From positions 2,144,001-2,208,000 of the forward strand of contig OY969706.1 of NCBI GenBank assembly GCA_963702095.1: 64,000 nt of DNA, given 5' to 3'. Positions 49,667 to 60,973 of the stretch are shown piece by piece. The position numbers and the translations under genes are program-made. The notes under the pieces are model-generated. The model was not told the origin of the DNA. It worked only from the letters and a program-made list of their open reading frames with translations, and did not search any database. The stretch comes from Candidatus Bathyarchaeota archaeon. GTDB taxonomy: Archaea; Thermoproteota; Bathyarchaeia; Bathyarchaeales; Bathycorpusculaceae. Within the stretch, counting starts at the first letter, position 1, and each line of letters begins with the position of its first letter.

Positions 49667-50641
49667 CTAAATTGTTAAAACCCATTTTTTCATTTCAGCT
49701 TTAATGTCCCTCAAAGCCTCTTCGTAGGAGTACTTCGGAGACCAATTTAAGTCAATTTTGGTTTTGGATATATCATACACCCAGCTTCTTTCAATATTGT
49801 TTGATTTTTCCGGGCAATATATTAGTTTAGACGGGTGATCCATTGGAGAGAATACCTTTATTATTGCTTTAACTTCATTCTCAAACGTGAGTCCCACGCC
49901 TGAAGCCAAATTATAGCGACCAATAGCTTTGTCACTATTTATAGCAGCGATAATACAACTCACCGCATCTTTCACGTAAATGTGGTCTCTCACATTTTTC
50001 GTTGGATCACCCCAAATTTCGATTGGTTCGCCTAGCTGGGCTTTCTCAATGAATCGTTCCCAATGGCTTTTTTTAATGGATGCCCCTGTATGTATTTTAG
50101 CATAATAATAGTAACCGCGTACGCTAGTAGTTCTCAAAATTATGCCCTGTATTCCATATTCTTCTGTAAAGTGTTGTACATACTGAGCACCAGCAAGCTT
50201 CGCAATTATATAGAGCGCATGATCACCGGTATACTTAAAGTCGATTTCATTTTCCTTTACAGGCAGGTGTCTTATATTACTAGCTTCGTAATGTGATGTT
50301 GTATATACGACTTTTTTAATATAATTTTTCCTGCAATACTCAAGGACATTATAAGTTCCCAGCGCATTGATTTTTAGATAGTCCTCGCCAGTTGTCATGG
50401 GCCCCGCACGTTCAGGAATCAAAGCAGCGAGGTGAATTATTGCACTAACATTCTTTTTAGGCAATTTATTGAAGCTTTGTTTGTTAGTGATATCCAATTG
50501 TGTGAAGGGTATACGCTTAGTCTCAAAATATCGTCTACCCTCGGCACTATTGCCAGTTGCAAGTACATCAAAGCCGGCTTTAACTAATTCATCAATTAAG
50601 TATGTCCCAATTGATCCTGTAGCACCCGTAATCACTATCAA
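49667..50641 (-). CDS. NAD-dependent sugar epimerase/dehydratase
   Basis: GATGSIG, HLAA, YIIAK and RDHIYVKD motifs. Confidence 0.85.
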   Translation of the reverse strand: MIVITGATGSIGTYLIDELVKAGFDVLATGNSAEGRRYFETKRIPFTQLDITNKQSFNKLPKKNVSAIIHLAALIPERAGPMTTGEDYLKINALGTYNVLEYCRKNYIKKVVYTTSHYEASNIRHLPVKENEIDFKYTGDHALYIIAKLAGAQYVQHFTEEYGIQGIILRTTSVRGYYYYAKIHTGASIKKSHWERFIEKAQLGEPIEIWGDPTKNVRDHIYVKDAVSCIIAAINSDKAIGRYNLASGVGLTFENEVKAIIKVFSPMDHPSKLIYCPEKSNNIERSWVYDISKTKIDLNWSPKYSYEEALRDIKAEMKKWVLTI

Positions 50642-51668
50642 CTGTCTGCGCCTCCAAGTATTGCATTAATTATTTCCATCTTGCCTTTACCTATTTCCAT
50701 GCTATTTATATCGTTTCTTTTAATTATGTATTCACGATTGGCATTAAAAATAACGATCGAGAATTTATCAAAAAATTGTTCAGGAGAATACACAAACGGG
50801 AAATTCCTATATGCAAAAGCTTGCAAGTCGTTCTGACATACTGCAATAGTTGGAATCCCAATATAAAGTGATTCAAGCATTGATAATCCGGGAGATGTAA
50901 TTACCAAGTCAGCATTATACATTAGTTCAGCCACATTATCGATATCCTTGTATATTTTCACCCTTTTGCCTTTAAAATGGGTATTAACTGCGTTACTTAA
51001 CTCTTCATGGTAAATGAAAGCTGCACCTATTATAATATCGACATTAAAGACAGAATCAAGGGCCAATAACTTGGTGATAACTAATGAGGTAAAGTTTGAA
51101 GGGTCACTGCCGCCAAAGATAAGCGTTATTTTCCTTAAGTTTGTCTTATTAACAGATCTTTTCAGGTCAAAGTCTTTTTTTAAAACTAGATATTTGAGAC
51201 CTTGTAAATAGAGCGTTTTTGTCGTTTTATCAAGAAACGACCTGCTTTCATAGTTACCACTTCCAAGATTAGAATCTACTATTACATCGCAATATTTAGC
51301 TGCATTTGAAGGTAAATTCGTTAGTAAGCCACCAAAGACTATCACTTTTGCTCCTGAAGCGGACCGCAGCCCTTAAGAAACTGCTCTGTAACGTACAATC
51401 GGTCTACTACTAACACACACGGTTTGCAGATTTTAATTTCATTAATGATACCATCATCATTTTCCTGTTGAATCACCCTGAAGCCAACGCGGGATATTTT
51501 CTGGGTAACAATGTTATTGCTTTTTGTTAGGAAACTGATTGTTACTTTTGCCATGTCACGCATTTCTTCGGCTAGAGTTAAACTTCTATAAACATGCCCC
51601 ATACCCATTTCTAAGCCGCCATCCGTGATAAAAGATATTGTGAAGCCATCCATACGGTGTGGCACCAT
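50638..51668 (-). CDS. PseG/SpsG-like UDP-sugar hydrolase (two ORFs joined across a 1-nt deletion at ~51370)
   Basis: GMGHVYRSLTLA in the first ORF, FGGSDP and ADLVIT..G in the second; adding one G gives FLKGLRSASGAKVIVFG. Confidence 0.82.
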
Positions 51669-51672
51669 CGGG

Positions 51673-52692
51673 CTATTCCTCGGATAAATCTTCGGTTTTA
51701 ATAACTTGCCCCATTACAACGCTTTTGATAAATATTCTGTTCAAAATCTGATCCAAAAATTTGGGATCAAGCCCATCTGCCGGGCGTTTAAATGAAACAA
51801 TATCCAAAGTTAAAGTTTCACCAATGGAAATATCTCTTCTTGCGACTATGCTTCGCCGTGCTAGACCGATCTTTTTCATTTCAGATAGACTAGGGCATTT
51901 TATTCCTGTCCCTAACATCTTTTCGGTTTGGCGGATACTTTTAATCATTTCTGTCAGGTCTTTTGGATCAGCAGATACCTTATGGTCTGGACCCGGTAAA
52001 TTCTTGTCGAGTGTAAAATGTTTTTCTATAACTTTGGCACCCAAGGCAACAGCTATTATTGGAGCGAGAATGCCTAAAGTATGATCTGAATAGCCGATTA
52101 TTGCTTCATTAAAAACCTCTTTTAATGTTTGTATCGACTTTAAGTTGACCTCTTCAGGATCAGGAGGGTAACAGGTTATACAATGAAGTAAAATAATATC
52201 ACTATTGCCTTGTTGTTTTATAATAGAAACGGCTTCTATAATTTCATCAACTGTAGAAAGACCAGTTGATAGGATTATTGGCTTGCCTGTGATAGATGTT
52301 TTTTCTAACAGCTGTACGAAAGTCAGATCCCCCGAAGCTATTTTAAATGCAGGAACGCCAATTTTATTTAGGATTTCAACGTAGTCCAAATCAAGGGGGG
52401 TCGACAGGAATATTATTTCCTTCTTTCTTGCATACTCGGCGAGATCTTTGAATTCATCTTCTGAAAGTTCCAATGACTTGAATAAGCCATAATATTTGGC
52501 GTTTGGACCAACAAATTCTTCTGAATGATAAGACTGAAATTTTACGGCATCTGCACCAGCGCTCTTTGCTTGATCAATCAGTTTTTTCGCGAGAGTTAAG
52601 TCTCCGTTATGGTTCAACCCAACTTCAGCTATAATAAATGTCGGAGTCTCGCCTCCAATTTTTCTGTTTCCGATTGATATTGTTTTTTTCAT
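51673..52692 (-). CDS. nonulosonic acid synthase (NeuB/PseI/SpsE family)
   Basis: IAEVGLNHNG, KFQ, KIASGD, GYSDHT and EKHFTLD motifs; C-terminal SAF domain. Confidence 0.93.
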   Translation of the reverse strand: MKKTISIGNRKIGGETPTFIIAEVGLNHNGDLTLAKKLIDQAKSAGADAVKFQSYHSEEFVGPNAKYYGLFKSLELSEDEFKDLAEYARKKEIIFLSTPLDLDYVEILNKIGVPAFKIASGDLTFVQLLEKTSITGKPIILSTGLSTVDEIIEAVSIIKQQGNSDIILLHCITCYPPDPEEVNLKSIQTLKEVFNEAIIGYSDHTLGILAPIIAVALGAKVIEKHFTLDKNLPGPDHKVSADPKDLTEMIKSIRQTEKMLGTGIKCPSLSEMKKIGLARRSIVARRDISIGETLTLDIVSFKRPADGLDPKFLDQILNRIFIKSVVMGQVIKTEDLSEE

Positions 52693-52710
52693 TTCCTCAT
52701 TTCTCCATTT

Positions 52711-53403
52711 TCATTTATTTTGTAACTCAGCACTATCGATAAGGTGGATAACTGCAGATAAAGGAAAAAAATTATTCCGCTTGTATAAATGCTTAAAAAT
52801 TTTTGTTATCAGCTCGAAGTCTGCAGGGTAATCTATAGTCAGACGATAGGTCGGTCTGTAGAGGTTTGGAGGTGATTGCAGAATAAGTTTGTTAAAGAGT
52901 GTATTGTTACGTATAATAAAAGGAGTTACATGCTCGAGGTCATATGGTTCTCTTGCACGTTCATTCGCCATGGCAAGAGCAGAAAAAGAGACGCCTTCGG
53001 CACCGATACCGATTGGTAAACCATCGGTCCAAGAATAATCAGCGCCAGCATCAACATGAGCAGCGATCATATGGTCAATAACATATGGGTCTGTCAAAGG
53101 ATTATCTGAAGTCACCCTCACAGCAATGTCGGCATTAGCAAGCTTTGCAGCCTGGAATGTTCGCTCTAAAACATTTTTTTCGCTGCCTCTAAACCAGTTA
53201 GCGCCATATTTCTGAGCAATCTCAACGATGATATCGTCTTGTTTAGCATCGGTAGTTGCTATAACAATTTGATTAAGCATCTTGGAGACCTGTAATCGGC
53301 ATATTAAGTGAGCTAGCATAGGCTTATCGATGATAGTTTTGGCCACTTTGCCGGGGAGACGAGTTGAACCCATGTGTGCTTGCACGATAGCAACTACTTT
53401 CAT
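52711..53403 (-). CDS. SpsF/PseF-like cytidylyltransferase
   Basis: QAHMGSTRLPGK, RGSE, EHVTP and RLTIDYPAD motifs. Confidence 0.88.
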   Translation of the reverse strand: MKVVAIVQAHMGSTRLPGKVAKTIIDKPMLAHLICRLQVSKMLNQIVIATTDAKQDDIIVEIAQKYGANWFRGSEKNVLERTFQAAKLANADIAVRVTSDNPLTDPYVIDHMIAAHVDAGADYSWTDGLPIGIGAEGVSFSALAMANERAREPYDLEHVTPFIIRNNTLFNKLILQSPPNLYRPTYRLTIDYPADFELITKIFKHLYKRNNFFPLSAVIHLIDSAELQNK

Positions 53404-53413
53404 AACATCACTA

Positions 53414-54559
53414 TCAAGAATTGACGCTTTCCTTTATTTGCCTCACGATATAATCCATCTGCTCGGTTGTCAATTGATGATACATTGGTAGAGACAGAAT
53501 TTCCTCGTAAGCTGCTTCAGCAACCGGGAAATCTCCTTTTTTGTATCCGAACATTCCTTTGTAGTATGACAGTAGATGAAGAGGCGTATAGTGTACACTC
53601 AAACCGATACCCTTCAACGAAAGCTTTTTAAAAAGCTCATCACGACTTAATCCAAAAATATCTTTGACAACACGTATAACGTACAGATGGTGGATGTGGT
53701 TACGGTCGTTGGCTTCATAGGGTGGAATAATCCCAGATATCTTAGAGAGCTGAGAAGTTAAATAGCGAGCGTTTTTCTGTTTACCTTCGTTCATTTGATC
53801 TAAGCGTTTAAGCTGAGAAAGACCAAGCGCTGATTGGACATCATTCAGCCTATAGTTATATCCCAAATCAGTAACATCATAATACCAAGAGAACCTTTCT
53901 CTATCAAAAGCATCCTTTGTCATGCAGTGAGACCTACTTTGTTGGCACTTCTTGGCAATTGCTTCATCGTTCATAGTAATCATACCACCTTCAAATGTCG
54001 TCATATTTTTTGTGGGATAAAAACTAAAACAGCCTATACCAAAAGACCCTGTCTTACGGTCATTATATAAGGAACCAGCTGAATGAGCACAATCTTCTAC
54101 AACAAACAAATGCTTGTCTTCAGCTATCTCCATAATCTCATTCATGTCACACGATTGCCCTCCATAATGCACAGGGATTATGGCTTTAGTTTTTCGGGTT
54201 ATTTTTTTCTGAATATCATCGACTGAAATGTTGAATGTTCTTTGATTAATATCAGCAAAAATGGGTTTTGCTCCACAAAATAGAGCACTATTAGCTGTTG
54301 CGGCAAAAGTCAAATCAGGAACAATAACTTCATCGCCAGGTTTAATGCCATATGCTTTGAGAGCAAGGTGCAGAGCAGCAGTACAGCTATTCACAGAAAC
54401 CGCAAACTTTACACCGATATAACTAGCGAATAATTGCTCGAATTCCCTTGCCTTAGGACCTCCTGTAAGCCATCTGGAGTCGAGAGCGGTTAAGACAGCT
54501 TTTTTGTCATCATCAGAAATATCGGGAATTGAGAATGGTATAGAAATGTCATAGCTCAA
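53414..54559 (-). CDS. PseC-like UDP-4-keto-sugar aminotransferase (DegT family)
   Basis: WLTGGP, NSCTAALH, EDCAH, SFYPTKNMTT.EGG and GYNYRL motifs. Confidence 0.9.
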   Translation of the reverse strand: MSYDISIPFSIPDISDDDKKAVLTALDSRWLTGGPKAREFEQLFASYIGVKFAVSVNSCTAALHLALKAYGIKPGDEVIVPDLTFAATANSALFCGAKPIFADINQRTFNISVDDIQKKITRKTKAIIPVHYGGQSCDMNEIMEIAEDKHLFVVEDCAHSAGSLYNDRKTGSFGIGCFSFYPTKNMTTFEGGMITMNDEAIAKKCQQSRSHCMTKDAFDRERFSWYYDVTDLGYNYRLNDVQSALGLSQLKRLDQMNEGKQKNARYLTSQLSKISGIIPPYEANDRNHIHHLYVIRVVKDIFGLSRDELFKKLSLKGIGLSVHYTPLHLLSYYKGMFGYKKGDFPVAEAAYEEILSLPMYHQLTTEQMDYIVRQIKESVNS

Positions 54560-54577
54560 GTCTTTTTAACTCCAGTT

Positions 54578-55621
54578 TTAAATTATCGATGCTTCTTTGA
54601 GTAAGTTTTGTATTGCGGATTTACTAAGGGGCGTTATACTCTTTGATGAGTATCCGTGTACCTTTCGTGTATCGTTATTTGTGACTCTGGGTGGATCACT
54701 AAAAGGTGAATAAACAATAAACATATCGGTGGCTTCAACGCAGGTATTTGCTTCATATGGAGTCATCAACTCTTCATGAATTTTTTCTCCATTTCTAACG
54801 CCAACTATCTTAGCTTTACTGTTATTGGTGGAAACTTTATGATTAGAATCAAAATTTTTAATCATAACTTCGGCGAGATCTGAGATTCTAATACAAGGCA
54901 TTTTTAAGATAAACGTTTCACCGCCGTCAGCGGATGCTACAGCCTTAAAAACCAAGTCTACCGCTTGAGAAACTAGCATAATAAACCGAGTCATTTCATT
55001 ACTGGTAACAGTTACAGGTTTACCTGACTCTATTTGGCGCTTAAAAACTTCAGTAACAGACCCTCTAGACCCCAACACATTACCGAACCGTACACACGAA
55101 AACTTTGTCCTTCTGCTACCCTTATACGAACAGGCTTCAACAACTAACTTCTCACACAACAATTTTGATGCACCCATAGCGCTGGTTGGATTGACAGCCT
55201 TATCAGTGCTGATAAGAATGAAGCGCTCGACATTTTCCAATAGTGAAACTTCCACTAAATTTTGTGTCCCTACCACATTTGTTCTTACCGCTTCAAACGG
55301 ATTGTATTCACATATCGGAACATGCTTCAATGCAGCTGTATGAAAAATTATGTCAACACTTTCGCAAGCCATGCGCATACGATCTTTATCACGGACATCA
55401 CCGAACAAAAATCGAAGATTTTTATGTGAATATAATTGTTGTTGCAAATTAAACAGGCCATTTTCGTCATTGCTTAGAACCCGCACTGCTTTAGGATGGA
55501 ATCTAGTTACTAGTTGTTGTACAATTTCTGAACCTATTGTTCCTGTTCCGCCAGTGACTAGTATAGTCTTGCTTTCGAATAAGGCATAATGCTGCAAATC
55601 GTCTTTTTGTTGCTTGGACAT
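54578..55621 (-). CDS. UDP-GlcNAc 4,6-dehydratase (PseB/CapD family)
   Basis: GGTGTIG, AALKHVP..EYNP, STDKAV, RFGNV.GSRGSV, MTRF and GEKIHE motifs. Confidence 0.92.
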   Translation of the reverse strand: MSKQQKDDLQHYALFESKTILVTGGTGTIGSEIVQQLVTRFHPKAVRVLSNDENGLFNLQQQLYSHKNLRFLFGDVRDKDRMRMACESVDIIFHTAALKHVPICEYNPFEAVRTNVVGTQNLVEVSLLENVERFILISTDKAVNPTSAMGASKLLCEKLVVEACSYKGSRRTKFSCVRFGNVLGSRGSVTEVFKRQIESGKPVTVTSNEMTRFIMLVSQAVDLVFKAVASADGGETFILKMPCIRISDLAEVMIKNFDSNHKVSTNNSKAKIVGVRNGEKIHEELMTPYEANTCVEATDMFIVYSPFSDPPRVTNNDTRKVHGYSSKSITPLSKSAIQNLLKEASII

Positions 55622-55775
55622 GATTTTCGCCGATCTATGGTTAGAGGTTAGTTTTACATAACCGATAGCATAACTTAAAGGCTTTTGCTAAAATCGGAAC
55701 AGGCGTACAAATAACTGGAACAGCAACTTTGACGCAGTTATGTTTCAGCATGAGCAGCGCAGAAGTGGTTTTCTC

Positions 55776-56501
55776 TTAAATAGACCAAAAAGTCACTGTC
55801 CCCTCATTAAGCAGCGTTTTAGATCGGTCAGAACCTTGATTGAGCAATAGATCAATAACGCTAAGGTTCGAAACATACGCTCCAAAAAGCTGTTGGTAAA
55901 CGGGAGGCTTATACTCCATGAACTCCGCTTTAATCCCCGCATTTCTGAAAAGTTTTTCTGCGCTATCTTGCCTCATGTATTCTTCAGCGCCTACAGACGC
56001 TAAATATCGATCAGCATCCATTGCTTTGCAAATATTCAAAACCATTTCTGTTCTTTTACCTTCAACCCCCAACTCGGAGGACCTAACAAAAACCGGAGAT
56101 AGACCAAGTTGAGTTGATAAATATTTGATTATGTGGATGTTTAAATTTATAAGAGACTCCCATTTTGCGGTATACAATGATTCAAAAAATGGCAGATAAT
56201 AGTTGAAATATGGCGCCCTGCCGTAGCATGTTTTGATAGCTAACAAGTGCTTTTTAGCCCAGAGTTGCGTGTTATCTATAACAACATCCTCGATTGCTTC
56301 GAACCCCTTGTGGTGAGTAGGAACAGTTAGCCAAATTGCATCTTTCGGACCCTTAATACGGTTCCTTGACTGCCAGGAATTTTTTTCAAATTGAACATGA
56401 TCAAGGAAGACATATACATCCGCCTGCTTGATAAGGTAGAAGAACCCTGTCCAAGGCAAATAAGTAGGTTGGCTAATTGCAATCGTTCGGATCTTTATCA
56501 C
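55776..56501 (-). CDS. WbqC-family protein
   Basis: QPTYLPW.G, DHVQF...WQSRNRI, WLTVP and LSVIDLL motifs. Confidence 0.88.
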   Translation of the reverse strand: MIKIRTIAISQPTYLPWTGFFYLIKQADVYVFLDHVQFEKNSWQSRNRIKGPKDAIWLTVPTHHKGFEAIEDVVIDNTQLWAKKHLLAIKTCYGRAPYFNYYLPFFESLYTAKWESLINLNIHIIKYLSTQLGLSPVFVRSSELGVEGKRTEMVLNICKAMDADRYLASVGAEEYMRQDSAEKLFRNAGIKAEFMEYKPPVYQQLFGAYVSNLSVIDLLLNQGSDRSKTLLNEGTVTFWSI

Positions 56502-56994
56502 CGATTTGTTTCTTAACTTTTGCTGGACACCCTAGCGCAATAGAATACGACGGTATGTCATGTGTAACGACGCTGTGAGCGCCAATTACCACATTGTCTC
56601 CAATAGTTACGCCTTGTTTAACAAACACATATGCACCTATCCAGCAATTGTTGCCTATAATTACGTTACCAGATATACTTTGTCTCGTTTTACTGAAATC
56701 TTGGTCTGCACGTCGGTTAGTTGTGTAAGCCATAAAGTAGTGGCTTATTGCCGTGCTTTGGCCTATCTTTACGACATAACCCTTTAAGGCTTGAATCGAG
56801 CTATAGCGACCTATATAACTGTTTGCGCCAATGTGAATTTCCCCGTCACCGTACATTTTTATACCTTCGCCGTTGAAAAGGAATGTTGGATGGATGTTGT
56901 ATCTTTCACGGTATCCTCTATATTCGGCTACCCACCGAAGTTTCTCTAAACTCTCGAAAAGAAAAGCAATCGCTTGACTCAGCATATTAGTCAC
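56473..56994 (-). CDS. hexapeptide-repeat acyltransferase
   Basis: IGNNCWIG..GVTIGDNVVIGAHSVVTHD..GCPA left-handed beta-helix. Confidence 0.88.
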   Translation of the reverse strand: MTNMLSQAIAFLFESLEKLRWVAEYRGYRERYNIHPTFLFNGEGIKMYGDGEIHIGANSYIGRYSSIQALKGYVVKIGQSTAISHYFMAYTTNRRADQDFSKTRQSISGNVIIGNNCWIGAYVFVKQGVTIGDNVVIGAHSVVTHDIPSYSIALGCPAKVKKQIGDKDPNDCN

Positions 56995-57229
56995 TTTAAT
57001 AACTTATAGCGCTAGATTACTGTTCTATTAAATTTACTGTTTTTATTTGGAGTAAGCTAATCTTAGAGAAGCAAAAACCTCCCGAAGATAGTGTCGCTAC
57101 TTTTAGGATTGTTATGCGATCAGCGACACGCATATTGCGGCTGTAGTAATTTAAGTATTTTAGTTGTTGTCTGAAAATACTCTACTCTTGTTCCTTTGCC
57201 ACTATCAACTTATTATTAACCATGCCCTT

Positions 57230-58444
57230 TCATTCATACATAGACATCTCCCTTATCAGGCAAGCAACCCTTTTTGAAGCATTGCCATCGGCTATGAATG
57301 CATGTTCATATACAAAATTACTTCTTGACTGTTTGATTTTCTGCTCAAAAATTTGGTCAGTAAAGACTCTTTGGAGTGTCGGTCCGAGAGCATTAATGCT
57401 AGAAACGCCTATAGCGGCACCCGAACTTACGTAAGGATAATATTCAGAATCGTTAAATATATTTACTATAACAGTAGGCTTTTCTAAAATCAGAGCTTCC
57501 ATAGCCATGGTTGAAAAATTTGACAGGAAAATACTACAAGAATTTATCAAGCTTGAAATGTCAAAATCCTTAACTACAGCAACAGTATCACAATTTATAT
57601 CTTTAAGAATAGATTGATAGGCAGTTATTTGCTCCTCTAAGGGATGTAGTTTGATAATAAGCTTAATAGTCTTATATGGCTTGAAAGCTTTAGCAACGCC
57701 TTCGATAAAAATTCTTCTTTTTATAGCGCCATTTTCTTGCGTAGCGAAAACAGGCGAGGCTAAAAGGGCAATATTATAGTCCGATTTCAAGCCAAATTTT
57801 GTATATAGTACCGATTTGGTAAATTTTGGGTTAAACAATTCATCAAACCTTGGTTGACCAGTGACAACTATATTGTCGGCATTAAAACCGAGTTTTATAA
57901 AAACCGACTTTGCATATGGGCTCATTACAGCAACCTTCGTGCACTCGCCATGGCCATAACTATGCGACTTTCTTAGGCGTACAAACCCATGTAAATATTG
58001 CTTTAAACCGCAGGTACTCAATAGGAAAAGTGATTGAGGAATAATTATTCTTGAATTCCGTAATAAATAAGTCAACCCGAGAAGTGATGCTTTGGTTGAT
58101 AGAGTTTTTGGCAAGTTAATGATGCCATCTTGGACTAACAGACTGGGTATCCCCATATCAGCAGAACCCAAAATGAAAGATCTTTCTATTGCATTGTTAT
58201 CGTTTCCGACAACGACAACGTCTGGTTTTTCCTCTCTTAATATATTCTTTGTATTTTTAGTTTGGTATATTTCCAAGCCTTTGGTAGGTATCCCTTCATA
58301 ATTAAGCAATTTAGCAGAATCTTCCCTGAAATAATAATCCCTGTTTAAAACTATAACGTTAAAACCATCATTGAGCTCCTTAATAATGTCAATGAACATG
58401 CGAGTTATCGTTTTTCCACCGGAAATAAACAAGATTTTCTTCAT
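57230..58444 (-). CDS. GT-B fold transferase (candidate nonulosonate or glycerophosphate transferase)
   Basis: QDG, TGQPRFD, KLHP.E and STMAMEAL motifs; beside the nonulosonate pathway genes. Confidence 0.7.
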   Translation of the reverse strand: MKKILFISGGKTITRMFIDIIKELNDGFNVIVLNRDYYFREDSAKLLNYEGIPTKGLEIYQTKNTKNILREEKPDVVVVGNDNNAIERSFILGSADMGIPSLLVQDGIINLPKTLSTKASLLGLTYLLRNSRIIIPQSLFLLSTCGLKQYLHGFVRLRKSHSYGHGECTKVAVMSPYAKSVFIKLGFNADNIVVTGQPRFDELFNPKFTKSVLYTKFGLKSDYNIALLASPVFATQENGAIKRRIFIEGVAKAFKPYKTIKLIIKLHPLEEQITAYQSILKDINCDTVAVVKDFDISSLINSCSIFLSNFSTMAMEALILEKPTVIVNIFNDSEYYPYVSSGAAIGVSSINALGPTLQRVFTDQIFEQKIKQSRSNFVYEHAFIADGNASKRVACLIREMSMYE

Positions 58445-58472
58445 TTTATTCAGCTTATTTTTTTTAATGTGT

Positions 58473-60969
58473 CTAATATGTTACTGCATAAATTGTATAA
58501 TTGTTGTTCTGGTAAATTACTCGAAAAGTAGACAGCACTGATACAAATAATACCGCTTCTTGGTTGTTGAACCCCAAACTTGTAAAGTTTTTCATCGGCG
58601 GTTCATAAACGTATGAAATGTTAAGAGAATGCAAAGCATTGCACATAGACGCCTGGTCTGAAGAGTTTTGTTCATCCAAGAGGTTAATTACTACTTTCGG
58701 AGACATCACCTTTGATTGGGTAAGAGCGCAAAGTTGTGTGTAACTTTGATCGGACAACGGCAAAATAACGCTATTACGCGAAATGTTGGCATTAACCCAA
58801 TTAAATACTTCAGCGTCCACTTGAGGACTATGGTTTGAGGTATTTCCAGCTTTCAAATAATATTCAGTCCCATAAGGCATATAAAGGAACGAGAAAGCGA
58901 TAATAACGATAAATAGAAGAGGAACCATTTTTTTTAAAATTGTGAACTTTCCAGAAAGCGTTGATTTGGTTTTAAGATTGCCCGTCTCGTCATTGTTCTT
59001 TGGTTTAGACCAGTAAACGCTCAAAACTAATGCAGCTAAGGAGCTTGTTAAGTAAACTATTTGCTGGAGAAATCTGTTAAAGATAACACCACCCTCAGTC
59101 AACGAGGGGAAAATTTTAACTAATAAATAGGGACCAGACAAGCCTAGTAAAATTAGCGACAAAAGCCAGCAAAAAATAAACAAGGTACTTTTCTTTTCAG
59201 TTGTTCGAAAAAGCAGCGGCAGACCTGCTATGGATATAACTAAGGGAAAGCCCAAGCAAATAATATAAACAAACCAAGGAAGGAACGGATTTCGCATTGC
59301 AGATAATCGTTCACCCCAAGTCAAAATGCTTAGAGTTATTGGAACAAACATAATAATTAATGAACCTGACCAGAAAAGAAACCTGCGTTCTTTAAGTTTA
59401 GAAAGTTTTTGCTTGGCAACTATAGGCAGCGTCCAATTGCGACCAAAATGACCAAATTTATTCTTAAAATAAATAATCAGAACGAGGACAGGAAGAATTG
59501 GCCAGAAAATCATGAGAAAATAGGAACTAGTTTGATTCCCAGTAAGCAGAAAATGAAAACCATTTAGGAAGTCAAAAACAAACAGAAAGGTCGAAGAAAT
59601 TACTATAAAGAGCATAAGTTTCTTGGAGAGGCCCTTCTACTTTCTGTAATAACAGAAAGATGGTTAAAGCTGAAAAGAATAAGGGTAAAAAGAAAATGCC
59701 GTGCATGAATAGGGTCGTTAATAGAAAAAGAGAACCAAGTAACAAATCGCTTATGTGACCCTTCTTAAAGTAACAGTACGTAAAAGTAAAGGCAAGGGCG
59801 CCTATTGCAATTTCTATCATTCCCACGAAAGCGGAAACCCAGCAGGAAACACCAGACCCAACCCCTGAAAAATAAGAGTTGAGAACACCCATAACGTTCC
59901 CACTCATATACTGTGAGTATACGGCTGGTTGCGTTATTAGGATAATTGCGACTGAAAGGGCTGCGAGACCTTGCAGGAAAACGAAAACTGCGGTCAATGT
60001 AGGAGCTTTCTGGGAATTTGGAAAAAGATTTTTTATTAAAATATAGAATGCCATTGGAACTAAGAGCACAAAAAACTGGAGACCGGCAAGACTGTAAAGT
60101 GGAGGCAATCCAGTAATATTGCTTACTATTTGTATGAAAACTTGAAACCAAAGATAAGGCGAGGCCGTTGATCCGAAGTTAAAAAATTCATTTCCGGATT
60201 TAAAGTAAAAAGTGAGATCACCTGAGTATATTCCCCCTAATGGCTGTGAAAATAAATGAATGAGATAAGAGGAAAAGACAAGTATTACAAGCAACGAGAG
60301 GAGAACCCCCCATTTAGCATAGTTTACCTGTATACAGCTACTATTTACCGCAGTGTTTGGTGCTTGTTTTAGTAACCGTTCTTTAACGAATTTGTATAAT
60401 GCAGGAGGTAAAACAAACAGCCAAGTACACGCAAGTAATGATAAAGGATTTATGACAAAGAAACGCAGCAGAATTAATCCTATTATAGTGGAAATAATCC
60501 AGCTAATTCCAATTATAAATCCAGCCTGTTCAAAATTATCAAAGTTATGGTCTTTTTTAATCAGGGAATCATAGATTGCTTTTCCGGGCAAAAAAGAGAC
60601 AATAAAAAAGCCAGAAAGAATTCTGAAAACTGCAACAGGTTCTAGCATCTGGAATGAATGAAACACACTATCGGAATAAACACTAAAAGAGTATGATGGA
60701 GAGACAAGAATAAATGTACTAGCTATAAGCCCCCAAAAGTAGACCGATGTAAATATCTTTCGAAGGGATAGTTTAGAATGATGACAATCAGGAAAGATTT
60801 CTAAGGAAGTAGTTGAAAAACAATATTGTTGAAGAAAGAATGAGAAAACAAAGAATAATAAAGAGTAGAAAAGTCTTAACACCAAAGTGCTAACCAAAAA
60901 ATAGATTATTAAGGAACCAATTAGAGAATTAACTAAGAAAAATAGTAGTTTTAATTTATTTAAAGTCAT
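58473..60969 (-). CDS. large polytopic membrane protein (GT-C/polymerase-like); two ORFs joined across a 1-nt insertion at ~59632
   Basis: Removing one G gives QKVEGLSKKLMLFIV, fusing ORFs 59572-61017 and 58473-59615; many TM helices and an extracellular C-terminal domain. Confidence 0.7.
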
Positions 60970-60973
60970 AATA

